Shown: piece after piece, positions 1 through 8,228 of the stretch | Layout: each line of letters opens with the position of its first letter | How positions within the stretch are numbered: the stretch's first letter is position 1 | Assembly: GCF_024223415.1 (NCBI RefSeq) | Contig: NZ_CP100500.1 | DNA length: 64,000 nt | Strand: one strand, 5' to 3' | From: Escherichia coli | GTDB taxonomy: Bacteria > Pseudomonadota > Gammaproteobacteria > Enterobacterales > Enterobacteriaceae | The notes under the pieces: generated by a model | The model's input: the letters and a program-made list of their open reading frames with translations, nothing else | Told to the model about the DNA's origin: nothing | The model's database searches: none | Program-made: the position numbers and the translations under genes

Positions 1-604
1 TCCGCTGGTCGGTCGTACTGCGCTGTATGCGGAAATCGAACCCACCGACCGCATGAAAAATCTGGTCTCCCGGGGTAAGAAAATTTACTCCAGTATTGAG
101 CTGGCACGAAATTTCACCCCTACGGGCACCCCGTATCTTATTGGCCTTGCCATGACAGACACCCCGGCAAGCATCGGCACGGAGCGTCTTCAGTTCGCCC
201 TGCAGCAGCGCCGTTCGGTCATGACCTTCAATAATCAGCAGACGGAAGCACCGATGTTCTCTGACGCCATTGAGGCTGAAGTGATCGAACTGACGGAGCG
301 CCGCAGCGAGGAAGGTGCGCAGTGGCTTAACCGCGTGATGAACATGATTGGGCGAGGACGCAGGGCTGACGACACCCGGTTCTCCCGCATTCATGACGCC
401 GTTGAGGGGATAGCCTCATCGCATGCCGACCTTCTCGACCGCTTCAGTGCACTGGAATCGCGCCATCAGGCAGACAGACAGAAAATCGCCACCCTGTCCA
501 CTGAGCTGGCAGAGCTGAAAAACAGACTGCGCGGACTGGACGCTGATCAGGAAAGTCGTTTTACGGCAACCGGCGGGCAGTCCAGACAACTGGCTGACTA
601 CTGA
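1..604 (+). CDS. Capsid scaffolding protein (P2 gpO-like), 5' end outside window
   Basis: Frame of ORF 53..604 is open back to base 2; position immediately upstream of major capsid gene; coiled-coil-like C-terminus. Confidence 0.55.
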   Translation, partial: PLVGRTALYAEIEPTDRMKNLVSRGKKIYSSIELARNFTPTGTPYLIGLAMTDTPASIGTERLQFALQQRRSVMTFNNQQTEAPMFSDAIEAEVIELTERRSEEGAQWLNRVMNMIGRGRRADDTRFSRIHDAVEGIASSHADLLDRFSALESRHQADRQKIATLSTELAELKNRLRGLDADQESRFTATGGQSRQLADY

Positions 605-632
605 CAGAAATAACCACAAGAGGTGATAACCG

Positions 633-1772
633 ATGAATCTGATCATGAGCGATGCCGCGCGGGCCGAGCTTTTTGCTTACCAGGCACAACAGGCGGAGAT
701 GAATAACATCACAATATCTGCGCTCTCCTCCCGCTTTTCGGTACAGCCGGCAGTGCAGCAGAGATTTGAAAACGCATCAAAGGAAAGCCATGATTTTCTT
801 CAGAAAGCCAACAGCATTGGTGTGACAGAGCAGAAAGGTGAAAAGGTACTCCTGGACACCACCGGGCCGGTTGCGCGCACGAACAGCAGTTATGACGGTA
901 CAAATCGTCGTAACCCGCTGAATGTGGTGGACATGAAAGCGCGACGCTATGAGTGCGAGCAGGTGAACTACGACACCTTCATCTCCTACCCTCAGCTTGA
1001 CATGTGGGCCGGACACCCTGACTTCCAGCTGCGTGTGAGTCGCCAGATTGCCAGACAGGTGGCACTTGATCGCATCATGACAGGTTTTAACGGTACGCAC
1101 CATGCGGAAGTCTCGGATATAAAAAAACACCCGCGACTTGAGGACGTCAATAAGGGGTGGCTGCAGGATATCAGGGACCAGGCCCCGCAACGCGTCATGA
1201 AAGACGTGATGCTGACTGCGCGCAATATGGACAATTCGGTGGCATACACAGGCAGATACGCCAATCCCGATGCACTGGTCCAGGATGCACGCTCATCCCT
1301 GCTTGACGAATGGCACAAGGACGCAGACGACCTCGTTGTCATCATGGGGCGAAACCTCTTTAACTCCCTGCGCCTGCCGGTCCTGAACAGTATCAGCATG
1401 CAGAATGCGAATGCCGAACTGCTTGCCGGACAGCTCATTGTGTCAACGCGGACCATTGGCGGCCTTGATGTGTACCTTGCGCCATTTTTCCCGGCTCAGT
1501 CAATGCTCATCACCTCATTCAGCAACCTGTCGGTTTACTGGCAGAAGGGGTCCATGCGTCGTCTCATGAAGGATGAGCCCGAATACAACCGTATCGCCAT
1601 CTATCAGTCCGTTAACGACTGCTATGTGGTTGAGGACCATGGTAAGTGCGCACTGATTGAGAATATCAGCTTTGCCACATATGACCATGACGCGCCGGAC
1701 TGGTACCGGGAGGACATAAAAGCACTGTCAGCGCAGGCTGAAGACAAGGATGCAGGGGAAGAGGAGGATTAA
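633..1772 (+). CDS. Major capsid protein (P2 gpN-like)
   Basis: 379-aa ORF in scaffold-capsid-terminase order typical of P2-family late operon; family resemblance from memory. Confidence 0.7.
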   Translation: MNLIMSDAARAELFAYQAQQAEMNNITISALSSRFSVQPAVQQRFENASKESHDFLQKANSIGVTEQKGEKVLLDTTGPVARTNSSYDGTNRRNPLNVVDMKARRYECEQVNYDTFISYPQLDMWAGHPDFQLRVSRQIARQVALDRIMTGFNGTHHAEVSDIKKHPRLEDVNKGWLQDIRDQAPQRVMKDVMLTARNMDNSVAYTGRYANPDALVQDARSSLLDEWHKDADDLVVIMGRNLFNSLRLPVLNSISMQNANAELLAGQLIVSTRTIGGLDVYLAPFFPAQSMLITSFSNLSVYWQKGSMRRLMKDEPEYNRIAIYQSVNDCYVVEDHGKCALIENISFATYDHDAPDWYREDIKALSAQAEDKDAGEEED

Positions 1773-1774
1773 CC

Positions 1775-2551
1775 ATGCTGACACCGGCACAGGCTCATTT
1801 CCAGCACGTGATGGCTTTACGGGCAGGAACGGCAGCAGAAAACGAGGATATCGTGGCCCGCACGGCTCATGAGCAGGTCCTTCACCGTCTGCGCCTGGCA
1901 CAGCAACGCATAAAGGGCGTCCAGGCAAAAGCGGCAAAGGCCGCGCTCAAGCGTGAAATGCTGCCGGGTTTTGCAGGCTGGATAGACGGCACGCTGGAAG
2001 CCGACGGCGGACAGCAGGATGAGGTGATAGCCACACTCATGGTGTGGGCCGTGGACTGTGGCGACCTGGCGCTTGCACTGCGCATCGGGGATTATGTGGT
2101 TCGCCACAACCTCACGATGCCTGACAACTTCGGGCGTACGGCAGCCACGGTACTGACCGAGGAAATCTGCAACCCTGTTCTGACACAGGCCGGAACGGAT
2201 GCACACGCCGATTTGTCCGGCTACATCGAACCGCTGGACACCCTCTGGCAAATTGTCGCGAACCGGGACATGCCCGATGAGGTCCGCGCCAAGCTGTGCA
2301 AGGCATGCGCCTTTGCCCGTCGTGGCCTGACCGATGCCGACAGCATGGCGGTGAGTCTGAAGCTGTTCCGTGAGGCAATGCACCTTAACCCGAATGCGGG
2401 GGTAAAACGTGAGATTGCCACGCTTTCACGGGCCCTGAAAAAGGCCGGACAGGATGAAGCCGCTGCCGCACAGGAGCCTGCGGCACAGAAAGATACAACC
2501 AGAGAACAGACCACGACGCCGAAGGCGAAAGCGAAGGCGAAACGTGGTTAA
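1775..2551 (+). CDS. Terminase small/endonuclease subunit (P2 gpM-like)
   Basis: 258-aa ORF directly after capsid gene; Lys/Ala-rich basic C-terminus. Confidence 0.55.
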   Translation: MLTPAQAHFQHVMALRAGTAAENEDIVARTAHEQVLHRLRLAQQRIKGVQAKAAKAALKREMLPGFAGWIDGTLEADGGQQDEVIATLMVWAVDCGDLALALRIGDYVVRHNLTMPDNFGRTAATVLTEEICNPVLTQAGTDAHADLSGYIEPLDTLWQIVANRDMPDEVRAKLCKACAFARRGLTDADSMAVSLKLFREAMHLNPNAGVKREIATLSRALKKAGQDEAAAAQEPAAQKDTTREQTTTPKAKAKAKRG

Positions 2552-2569
2552 CGGCTGACCCCGTCAGAA

Positions 2570-2639
2570 GGCGGCGTGCCGGGCGTTCCGGTTACGGTTT
2601 TCCGTTCCCCTTACACCCGGCACCCACCGCCTTTTTTTT
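2570..2639 (+). terminator. Candidate hairpin plus T9 tract between gpM-like and gpL-like genes (attenuator or terminator)
   Basis: Imperfect inverted repeat ggcggcgtgccggg / ccggcacccaccgcc followed by ttttttttt at 2632-2639. Confidence 0.25.
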
Positions 2640-2654
2640 CTGAAGGAGCGATTT

Positions 2655-3149
2655 ATGAGCATGGTCGCAAGACCGGAAGCCGCCCCTGCACGGGACGATA
2701 TCCCCGACACCGACGACGGCGACGCCACCATCACCGCCGGGGCATTCTGGCCGGAGATTGTGCTGCGGGAGCTGCGCCTTGCAGTACGCCTGCCGGGCCG
2801 CATCACCTCCACACGTCTGGCGCACGTTGCCACGGGAGCCGTGGCTCACGTCACGCGGGAGCTGGAAGAGTGGCAGAAGACGCAGTCTGCCGCAGGGTTC
2901 AGCATCCTCGCAGAAGTGCCTGCCGCCACCATCAACGGTGAGAGCGTCAACGTATGGCATTACCGCAACGCCGTCTACAGCGCCACCCGCGCCCTGATTC
3001 TGGAACGCTGGCGGGATGTGGACACCACTGATAAAGGGAACCGCCGGGCTGACGCACTGGATGAGCAGATGGAAGACTTATGGCGCGATGTGCGCTGGTC
3101 CGTGGCAGATATTCTGGGTCGCCCCCGTCTTTTTGCGGAGCTGGTGTGA
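2655..3149 (+). CDS. Head completion/stabilisation protein (P2 gpL-like)
   Basis: 164-aa ORF; position after terminase small subunit; stop overlaps next start (TGATG). Confidence 0.55.
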   Translation: MSMVARPEAAPARDDIPDTDDGDATITAGAFWPEIVLRELRLAVRLPGRITSTRLAHVATGAVAHVTRELEEWQKTQSAAGFSILAEVPAATINGESVNVWHYRNAVYSATRALILERWRDVDTTDKGNRRADALDEQMEDLWRDVRWSVADILGRPRLFAELV

Positions 3150-3346
3150 TGAAAGTGAGGGCACTCCAGGGGGATACCGTCGATTTACTCTGTTTCCGGC
3201 ACTACGGCACCACGCAGGGGGTGACCGCACAGGTACTTGATGCCAATCCCGGGCTCTGCCGCCAGGTAATTCTGGAAGCGGGACAGGAGGTGGAGATGCC
3301 GGAGCCGGAAAAGAAACAGCAACGCGAAAAGGTAAAGCTATGGTGA
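3149..3346 (+). CDS. Tail protein X (P2 gpX-like, LysM-like)
   Basis: 65-aa ORF starting MKVRALQGDTVDLLCFRHYG at ATG 3149, overlapping previous stop. Confidence 0.5.
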   Translation: MKVRALQGDTVDLLCFRHYGTTQGVTAQVLDANPGLCRQVILEAGQEVEMPEPEKKQQREKVKLW

Positions 3347-3630
3347 CGGGATTTTTTCAGCGCGTCAGTGACTGGATCACCTTCTGGGCGTCAGTGACGG
3401 CAACAACCATTGGTGTTATGACCATCAGCGAAAAAATTGCGCTGGCCGGGCTGCTTCTGGGGTCACTTTCCGCCATCCATGCCTGGTGCCACCGCAGGCG
3501 TACGGAGCAGGCAATGAAGCGCCGCAATGACCTTATCGCCCGCATCCTGGCACGTTCAGAAAACCGCGAGCTTCACGACGGTGAGAGACGGGCACTGGAC
3601 AGCGTGAGACAGGACGGAGAAGAGCGGTGA
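3340..3630 (+). CDS. Holin, two predicted transmembrane helices
   Basis: 96 aa with two hydrophobic stretches (WITFWASVTATTIGVMTI, IALAGLLLGSLSAIHAW) and charged C-tail; directly upstream of endolysin. Confidence 0.5.
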   Translation: MVTGFFQRVSDWITFWASVTATTIGVMTISEKIALAGLLLGSLSAIHAWCHRRRTEQAMKRRNDLIARILARSENRELHDGERRALDSVRQDGEER

Positions 3631-4172
3631 AACTGCCGGTAAAACGTTATGCGGTGGCGGCCATTGTGGCGCTGGGCGTCTCCATGGCACCCGGTGAACT
3701 GAGAACCTCACGGGAAGCACAGATAAAAATCGCCACCCGGGAAGAGTGCCGGGCGACACCGTACCGTGATATTGCAGGAGTAATGACCGTGGGATGTGGT
3801 TCAACAGGGGGCGTGGAGAACCGGGTTTACGGAGAAAAGGAGGTGGCCCGCCGCTGGGTGAATGACCTGCGGCACGCGGAAAACTGTATCAACCAGAACT
3901 TCAGCGGTGCCGCCATGCCCCAGTCCGCCTTTGAGGCGATGACCGACGCGGCGTTCAACGTCGGCTGTACCGGCCTGATGTGGTACCGGGACAGGAGCGG
4001 CAACCGGCAGCGCACCACCATCTGGAAGCACGCACAGGCGCACCGCTGGGTGGCGATGTGCGGGAGACTGACCGATTTTGTCAACAGTGGCGGACGCCGC
4101 TCACAGGGGCTGGTTAACCGCCGGGAGGAGTTCAGACAGTGGTGTCTTCGCGACACGGGAGGCAGCACATGA
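3627..4172 (+). CDS. SAR-type endolysin (T4/P1 Lyz-like lysozyme with N-terminal signal-anchor)
   Basis: N-terminal weakly hydrophobic Ala/Gly-rich segment MKLPVKRYAVAAIVALGVSMAPG followed by lysozyme-like motifs (EEC..TPYRD...CINQNF...AFNVGC...DFVNSGG); resembles P1 Lyz rather than P2 gpK. Confidence 0.65.
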   Translation: MKLPVKRYAVAAIVALGVSMAPGELRTSREAQIKIATREECRATPYRDIAGVMTVGCGSTGGVENRVYGEKEVARRWVNDLRHAENCINQNFSGAAMPQSAFEAMTDAAFNVGCTGLMWYRDRSGNRQRTTIWKHAQAHRWVAMCGRLTDFVNSGGRRSQGLVNRREEFRQWCLRDTGGST

Positions 4173-4576
4173 GACCGGTTTACGCCGTGATTGTTGCCCT
4201 CATGGTGACCACCCTGACGGCGGCGGCCATGTGGCAGTCATACCGGCTGGGGCGTGCCGGTGAGGCACGTGACGCCGCAGAGCAGCAGCTGGGCGAATAC
4301 AGCCGGGCGCTGCGTGAGTCCTCCGCCGTTATCAGCGATGCCTCCGCCGTACTGCATGAGGTGATGACGCAGCGACAGAAAAGGGCACAGGAAGGAGAAG
4401 TCAGACGTGAACAGCTTCGCGAAATTGCTGCGACGGATGAGTGCGCCGGCACTCTTCCTGACCACCGTTTTACTGACCGGCTGCGCGAACACACGGAACG
4501 CGCCACTGCCCGCGCCCTCCTTCCGGTTCATTCCGGCGGGACTGACGACGGGAACACGGCCCCCGCCCTTCCCTGA
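4169..4576 (+). CDS. i-spanin (Rz/LysB-like)
   Basis: ATG at 4169 with GGGAGG upstream; N-terminal TM helix then charged coiled-coil-like region; contains embedded out-of-frame lipoprotein ORF. Confidence 0.5.
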   Translation: MRPVYAVIVALMVTTLTAAAMWQSYRLGRAGEARDAAEQQLGEYSRALRESSAVISDASAVLHEVMTQRQKRAQEGEVRREQLREIAATDECAGTLPDHRFTDRLREHTERATARALLPVHSGGTDDGNTAPALP

Positions 4577-4721
4577 ACACCCCACCTGGGGAAATATCGG
4601 GATATGGAGCGACAGCCTCCTGGATGCACTGGAAACCTGCAACGCAGACAAACGGGCCATTGAGGCGATGGAGCGCCGGAGACTCAACCGACAGAACGGA
4701 GAGGCGCATGCTGAAAAGTAA
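4407..4721 (+). CDS. o-spanin lipoprotein (Rz1/LysC-like), starts inside i-spanin in another frame
   Basis: GTG 4407 preceded by AGGAG; lipobox LLTGC; Pro-rich mature part; overlaps i-spanin 3' end and tail completion gene start. Confidence 0.5.
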   Translation: MNSFAKLLRRMSAPALFLTTVLLTGCANTRNAPLPAPSFRFIPAGLTTGTRPPPFPEHPTWGNIGIWSDSLLDALETCNADKRAIEAMERRRLNRQNGEAHAEK

Positions 4722-5172
4722 ATCCCTGAGCACACACATGAGTACAGCGTGCCGGTGGTGCAGGGCCAACCCGGAAAAGTTCACCGTGTTCATTGAACGT
4801 GGCGGGATAGAGACCACCGGCGAGACGCCGACGTTCGTGTACAACTACCGGCTGGTGATGTTCGTGATGGACTACACGGGCGATCTGGACAACCTGACGC
4901 TTCCACTGATTGTCTGGCTGGCAGAGAACCAGCCGCAGTTGCTGCTTAATCCTGAGCGCAACAACGATATTCAGTTCACGGCGGCCATTAACGACGACGA
5001 CAGCGCGGACGTGCTGTTTGAGCTGCCGTTACGTGAACGCGTGCGCGTCACCCGCAGGGATGACGGCACCCTCATGACAGAACATCTACCGGAGCCGAAA
5101 TCACGCATCCCGCAGGACGGCGACTGGTCACACATTCTGGAGGATGTGACGTGGAACATTGTCACCGGATAA
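4708..5172 (+). CDS. Tail completion protein (P2 gpR-like)
   Basis: ATG 4708 with GGAGAGG upstream; 154 aa; position before gpS-like gene. Confidence 0.5.
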   Translation: MLKSKSLSTHMSTACRWCRANPEKFTVFIERGGIETTGETPTFVYNYRLVMFVMDYTGDLDNLTLPLIVWLAENQPQLLLNPERNNDIQFTAAINDDDSADVLFELPLRERVRVTRRDDGTLMTEHLPEPKSRIPQDGDWSHILEDVTWNIVTG

Positions 5173-5187
5173 CACGCGGAGAATGTT

Positions 5188-5844
5188 ATGGGGAAACTGA
5201 GATACCGTAACCTCGTTCCCGCTGAAGGAATGAGTAACATGTTTGTCAATATCCGGCTGGCAACCAGCCCGCAGGCAGTGAAGCGCATTGCCGCGCATGT
5301 GGGTAAGGAGCTGCGGCGCGTGAACCAGAGCCGGATGCGCGCCCAGAAAGCGCCGGACGGTTCGGTGTGGACACGCCGTAAACGCCGTATATCACGCCTT
5401 CAGGAGCGCATCAGCTTTATCTGGCAAAACCAGAACCGCACCCTGAAAAACTGGCATCACGGTTCAGGAAAATACGGCCAGACCATCACCGGCTGGGATG
5501 AAGACCGGAGCGGCATACGTACCTTTTACCGGAGTGATATCCTCCGTTTCCTTGAAATCAGGACACGCCGCATCAACCGTGACACCACAAAAACGGTGCC
5601 GATGTTTGCGAAGCTGCGCACGGCCCGTTATCTGAAAGTGAAGGCGGACGCATCAGGTGTGACGGTGGGCTACAGCGGCGTGGCGGCACGCATTGCCCGC
5701 GTTCACCAGTTCGGGGAGCGCGACCGGGTGGCCGCAGGGATGTATACGGATTATCCGGCCCGTGAACTTCTTGGAATAACACCGGCAGATGAACGACTTA
5801 TTCAGCGTATCATTATGGACAATATCGCGAGGGCTGTGGCATGA
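5188..5844 (+). CDS. Tail completion / virion morphogenesis protein (P2 gpS-like)
   Basis: 218-aa ORF with RBS; gene order R-S-V-W. Confidence 0.5.
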   Translation: MGKLRYRNLVPAEGMSNMFVNIRLATSPQAVKRIAAHVGKELRRVNQSRMRAQKAPDGSVWTRRKRRISRLQERISFIWQNQNRTLKNWHHGSGKYGQTITGWDEDRSGIRTFYRSDILRFLEIRTRRINRDTTKTVPMFAKLRTARYLKVKADASGVTVGYSGVAARIARVHQFGERDRVAAGMYTDYPARELLGITPADERLIQRIIMDNIARAVA

Positions 5845-6422
5845 ACGCGGAATTAATGCGCCTTATCAGCAACATCATCAGAACCGGCGTGATTTTCGAC
5901 GTGAACCCGCAGACCTGGGAGGTCCGGGTGCGCAGTGGCGGACTGGAGACAGGCTGGCTTCGCTGGAGCACCGCGCGGGCGGGCGCGTTCAGTGTCTGGG
6001 TGCCGCCAGCCACCGGTGAACAGGTGGCGTTCGTCTGTATCGGTGGTAATCCCGAAACCGCGATAATCATCGGCAGCCTCTGGAGCGATGATATCCCGGC
6101 ACCGGGCAGCACACTGAAGGAAATCATCATGACAGCACCGGACGGTGCGGTATTCCGCTACGATGCAGACGCCGGTGCACTGGAGGTTAAGGGGATTAAA
6201 ACAGCCAGCATTCAGGCCGACACGCGCATCACCCTGGACACGTCGGAGGTGGTGTGTACCCGCAAACTTATCACCGCCACCCTGGAGGTGCAGAACGGCG
6301 GCGAGATGCGCGGCAGCATATCCCACAGCGGCGGCAGCCTGACATCCAACGGTATCACCGTTCATACGCACACCCACGGTGGCGTCAGGACGGGCCCGGG
6401 CACCACGGGAGGCCCGCAATGA
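5841..6422 (+). CDS. Baseplate assembly/spike protein (P2 gpV-like)
   Basis: 193 aa; Gly-rich C-terminus HTHTHGGVRTGPGTTGGPQ; overlaps W start. Confidence 0.65.
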   Translation: MNAELMRLISNIIRTGVIFDVNPQTWEVRVRSGGLETGWLRWSTARAGAFSVWVPPATGEQVAFVCIGGNPETAIIIGSLWSDDIPAPGSTLKEIIMTAPDGAVFRYDADAGALEVKGIKTASIQADTRITLDTSEVVCTRKLITATLEVQNGGEMRGSISHSGGSLTSNGITVHTHTHGGVRTGPGTTGGPQ

Positions 6423-6769
6423 CCGCTGTTTACAGGGGGATGAACCCGCAGGGAACCGGCACGCTGAGCGACAGCGAACACCTGAAAAACAGCGTGCGGG
6501 ATATCCTGACCACACCGCCAGGCAGCCGGGTGATGCGCCGCGAATACGGCAGCCTGTTACCGGACCTCATCGACGAGCCCATGAACGACACCACGCGTTT
6601 ACAGTGCATGAGCGCCACGGTGACTGCGCTGGCGCGCCATGAACCCCGTATAGCACTGCAGAACGTCGATGTGAACTGGCGGGCTGGCGGACGCGCCGTG
6701 GTGACGTTATCCGGCATCATCACCGAAACCATGCAGAACATCACATTCAGTATCACCCTGAGGGAGTAA
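6419..6769 (+). CDS. Baseplate protein (P2 gpW / gp25-like)
   Basis: ATG 6419 overlapping V stop (ATGA); 116 aa. Confidence 0.65.
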   Translation: MTAVYRGMNPQGTGTLSDSEHLKNSVRDILTTPPGSRVMRREYGSLLPDLIDEPMNDTTRLQCMSATVTALARHEPRIALQNVDVNWRAGGRAVVTLSGIITETMQNITFSITLRE

Positions 6770-6772
6770 ATC

Positions 6773-7669
6773 ATGCCTTCCGTTGACCTGTCACAGTTAC
6801 CGGAACCGGCCATCATCGCGCAGCCGGATTTTGAGTCCATCCTGGCAGACATTAAAACCATGATGGTGAGCTCCTTCCCGGAAGAATACCGCGCCGCCGT
6901 CACCCGTGCCCTTACTCTGGAATCCGAGCCATTGAACATCATTTCCCAGGCCATGGCCTTTCGTGAAATGCTGCTTCGCCAGCGCATCAATGAAGCCGCC
7001 CGCGCCTGCATGCTCAGCCACAGCCGGGGCAGTGACCTGGACAATCTGGCCGCCAACAACAACACCCGCCGCCTGGTCATTCATCCGGCCACTGATACCA
7101 CGGAAGCAGTGATGGAAAGCGACACATCGCTGCGTCTGCGTGCCCAGTCAGCCTGGGACGGCCTGAGTGTGGCCGGACCGTCCGGCGCGTATGAGTATTT
7201 TGCCCGGAGCGCAAGCGGTCTTGTCCGTGATGCGCGCGCCATCAGCCCGTCACCGGCCACAGTCACCGTCTCCATCCTGTCAGCAGACGGTGACGGCACC
7301 GCCGGTGAGGCGTTACTGAACACGGTGCGCACCGCCCTGAATGCCGAGAACGTGCGCCCGGTTGCCGACCGCCTGACTGTGCAGAGTGCTACCATCGTGA
7401 ACTGGGTAATGGAAGCGAAGCTGTATTTTTATCCAGGGCCGGAGTCTGAACCCATGCTTGCGGCCGCTGACGCCGCTTTCCGTGCATGGCTGGCAGACCA
7501 GGGCCGTATCGGTCAGGACGTGGCCCTGTCAGCCATCACTGCAGCGCTGCATGTTCACGGTGTCCAGCGCGTTGAGGTCATAAAACCCACGCAGAACATC
7601 ACCATCAGTGACACTCAGGCAGCCAGATGTACCACATTCAGCATCAGCGAAGGAGGACGCAATGAGTGA
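6773..7669 (+). CDS. Baseplate assembly protein J (P2 gpJ-like)
   Basis: 298-aa ORF following W. Confidence 0.7.
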   Translation: MPSVDLSQLPEPAIIAQPDFESILADIKTMMVSSFPEEYRAAVTRALTLESEPLNIISQAMAFREMLLRQRINEAARACMLSHSRGSDLDNLAANNNTRRLVIHPATDTTEAVMESDTSLRLRAQSAWDGLSVAGPSGAYEYFARSASGLVRDARAISPSPATVTVSILSADGDGTAGEALLNTVRTALNAENVRPVADRLTVQSATIVNWVMEAKLYFYPGPESEPMLAAADAAFRAWLADQGRIGQDVALSAITAALHVHGVQRVEVIKPTQNITISDTQAARCTTFSISEGGRNE

Positions 7670-8225
7670 CAGGAAAAAAACAGACAGCGCACAGCACAGT
7701 ACATCACTGCTTCCACCGTCCGCAGGGCCATTCATGCGCGCCACAGAGGCGACAGGAGTACGCATCAGTACCATACCGGTGGACGCCGACACCCTGTGGT
7801 CGCCGGACCGCTGCCCTGCTCACCTCCTGCCCTACCTTGCATGGGCATGTTCCGTTGACAGCTGGGACCGCAACTGGCCGGAAGAGACCAGGCGACAGGT
7901 GATTCGGGACGCATGGATGATACATCGCCACAAAGGGACCATCAGTGCACTCCGCCGCATCGTTGAACCACTGGGCTACCTCATCCGTGTATCAGAATGG
8001 TGGGAGTTTGACGGCTCGCCCGGGACCTTCACCATTGAGATTGGCACACTTGAAACCGGAGTAAGTGAAGAGCTGCATGAAGAAATGGAGCGTCTGATTG
8101 CCGATGCGCGCCCCGTCAGCCGCCACCTCGTGGGGCTTAGTATCATCCAGGAAATACACGGTGCCATTTACGCCGCTGCCGCAGGTTACGACGGCGACAT
8201 CATCACCATTTACCCGGAAGACTGA
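7662..8225 (+). CDS. Baseplate/tail protein I (P2 gpI-like)
   Basis: ATG 7662 with AGGAGGA upstream, overlaps J stop; 187 aa. Confidence 0.65.
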   Translation: MSDRKKTDSAQHSTSLLPPSAGPFMRATEATGVRISTIPVDADTLWSPDRCPAHLLPYLAWACSVDSWDRNWPEETRRQVIRDAWMIHRHKGTISALRRIVEPLGYLIRVSEWWEFDGSPGTFTIEIGTLETGVSEELHEEMERLIADARPVSRHLVGLSIIQEIHGAIYAAAAGYDGDIITIYPED

Positions 8226-8228
8226 ACC

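Noticed and set aside
5853-6515. 220-aa minus-strand ORF overlapping baseplate V and W genes
   Set aside because: Antisense to two syntenic phage genes; Arg/Ala/Gly-rich composition without motifs.
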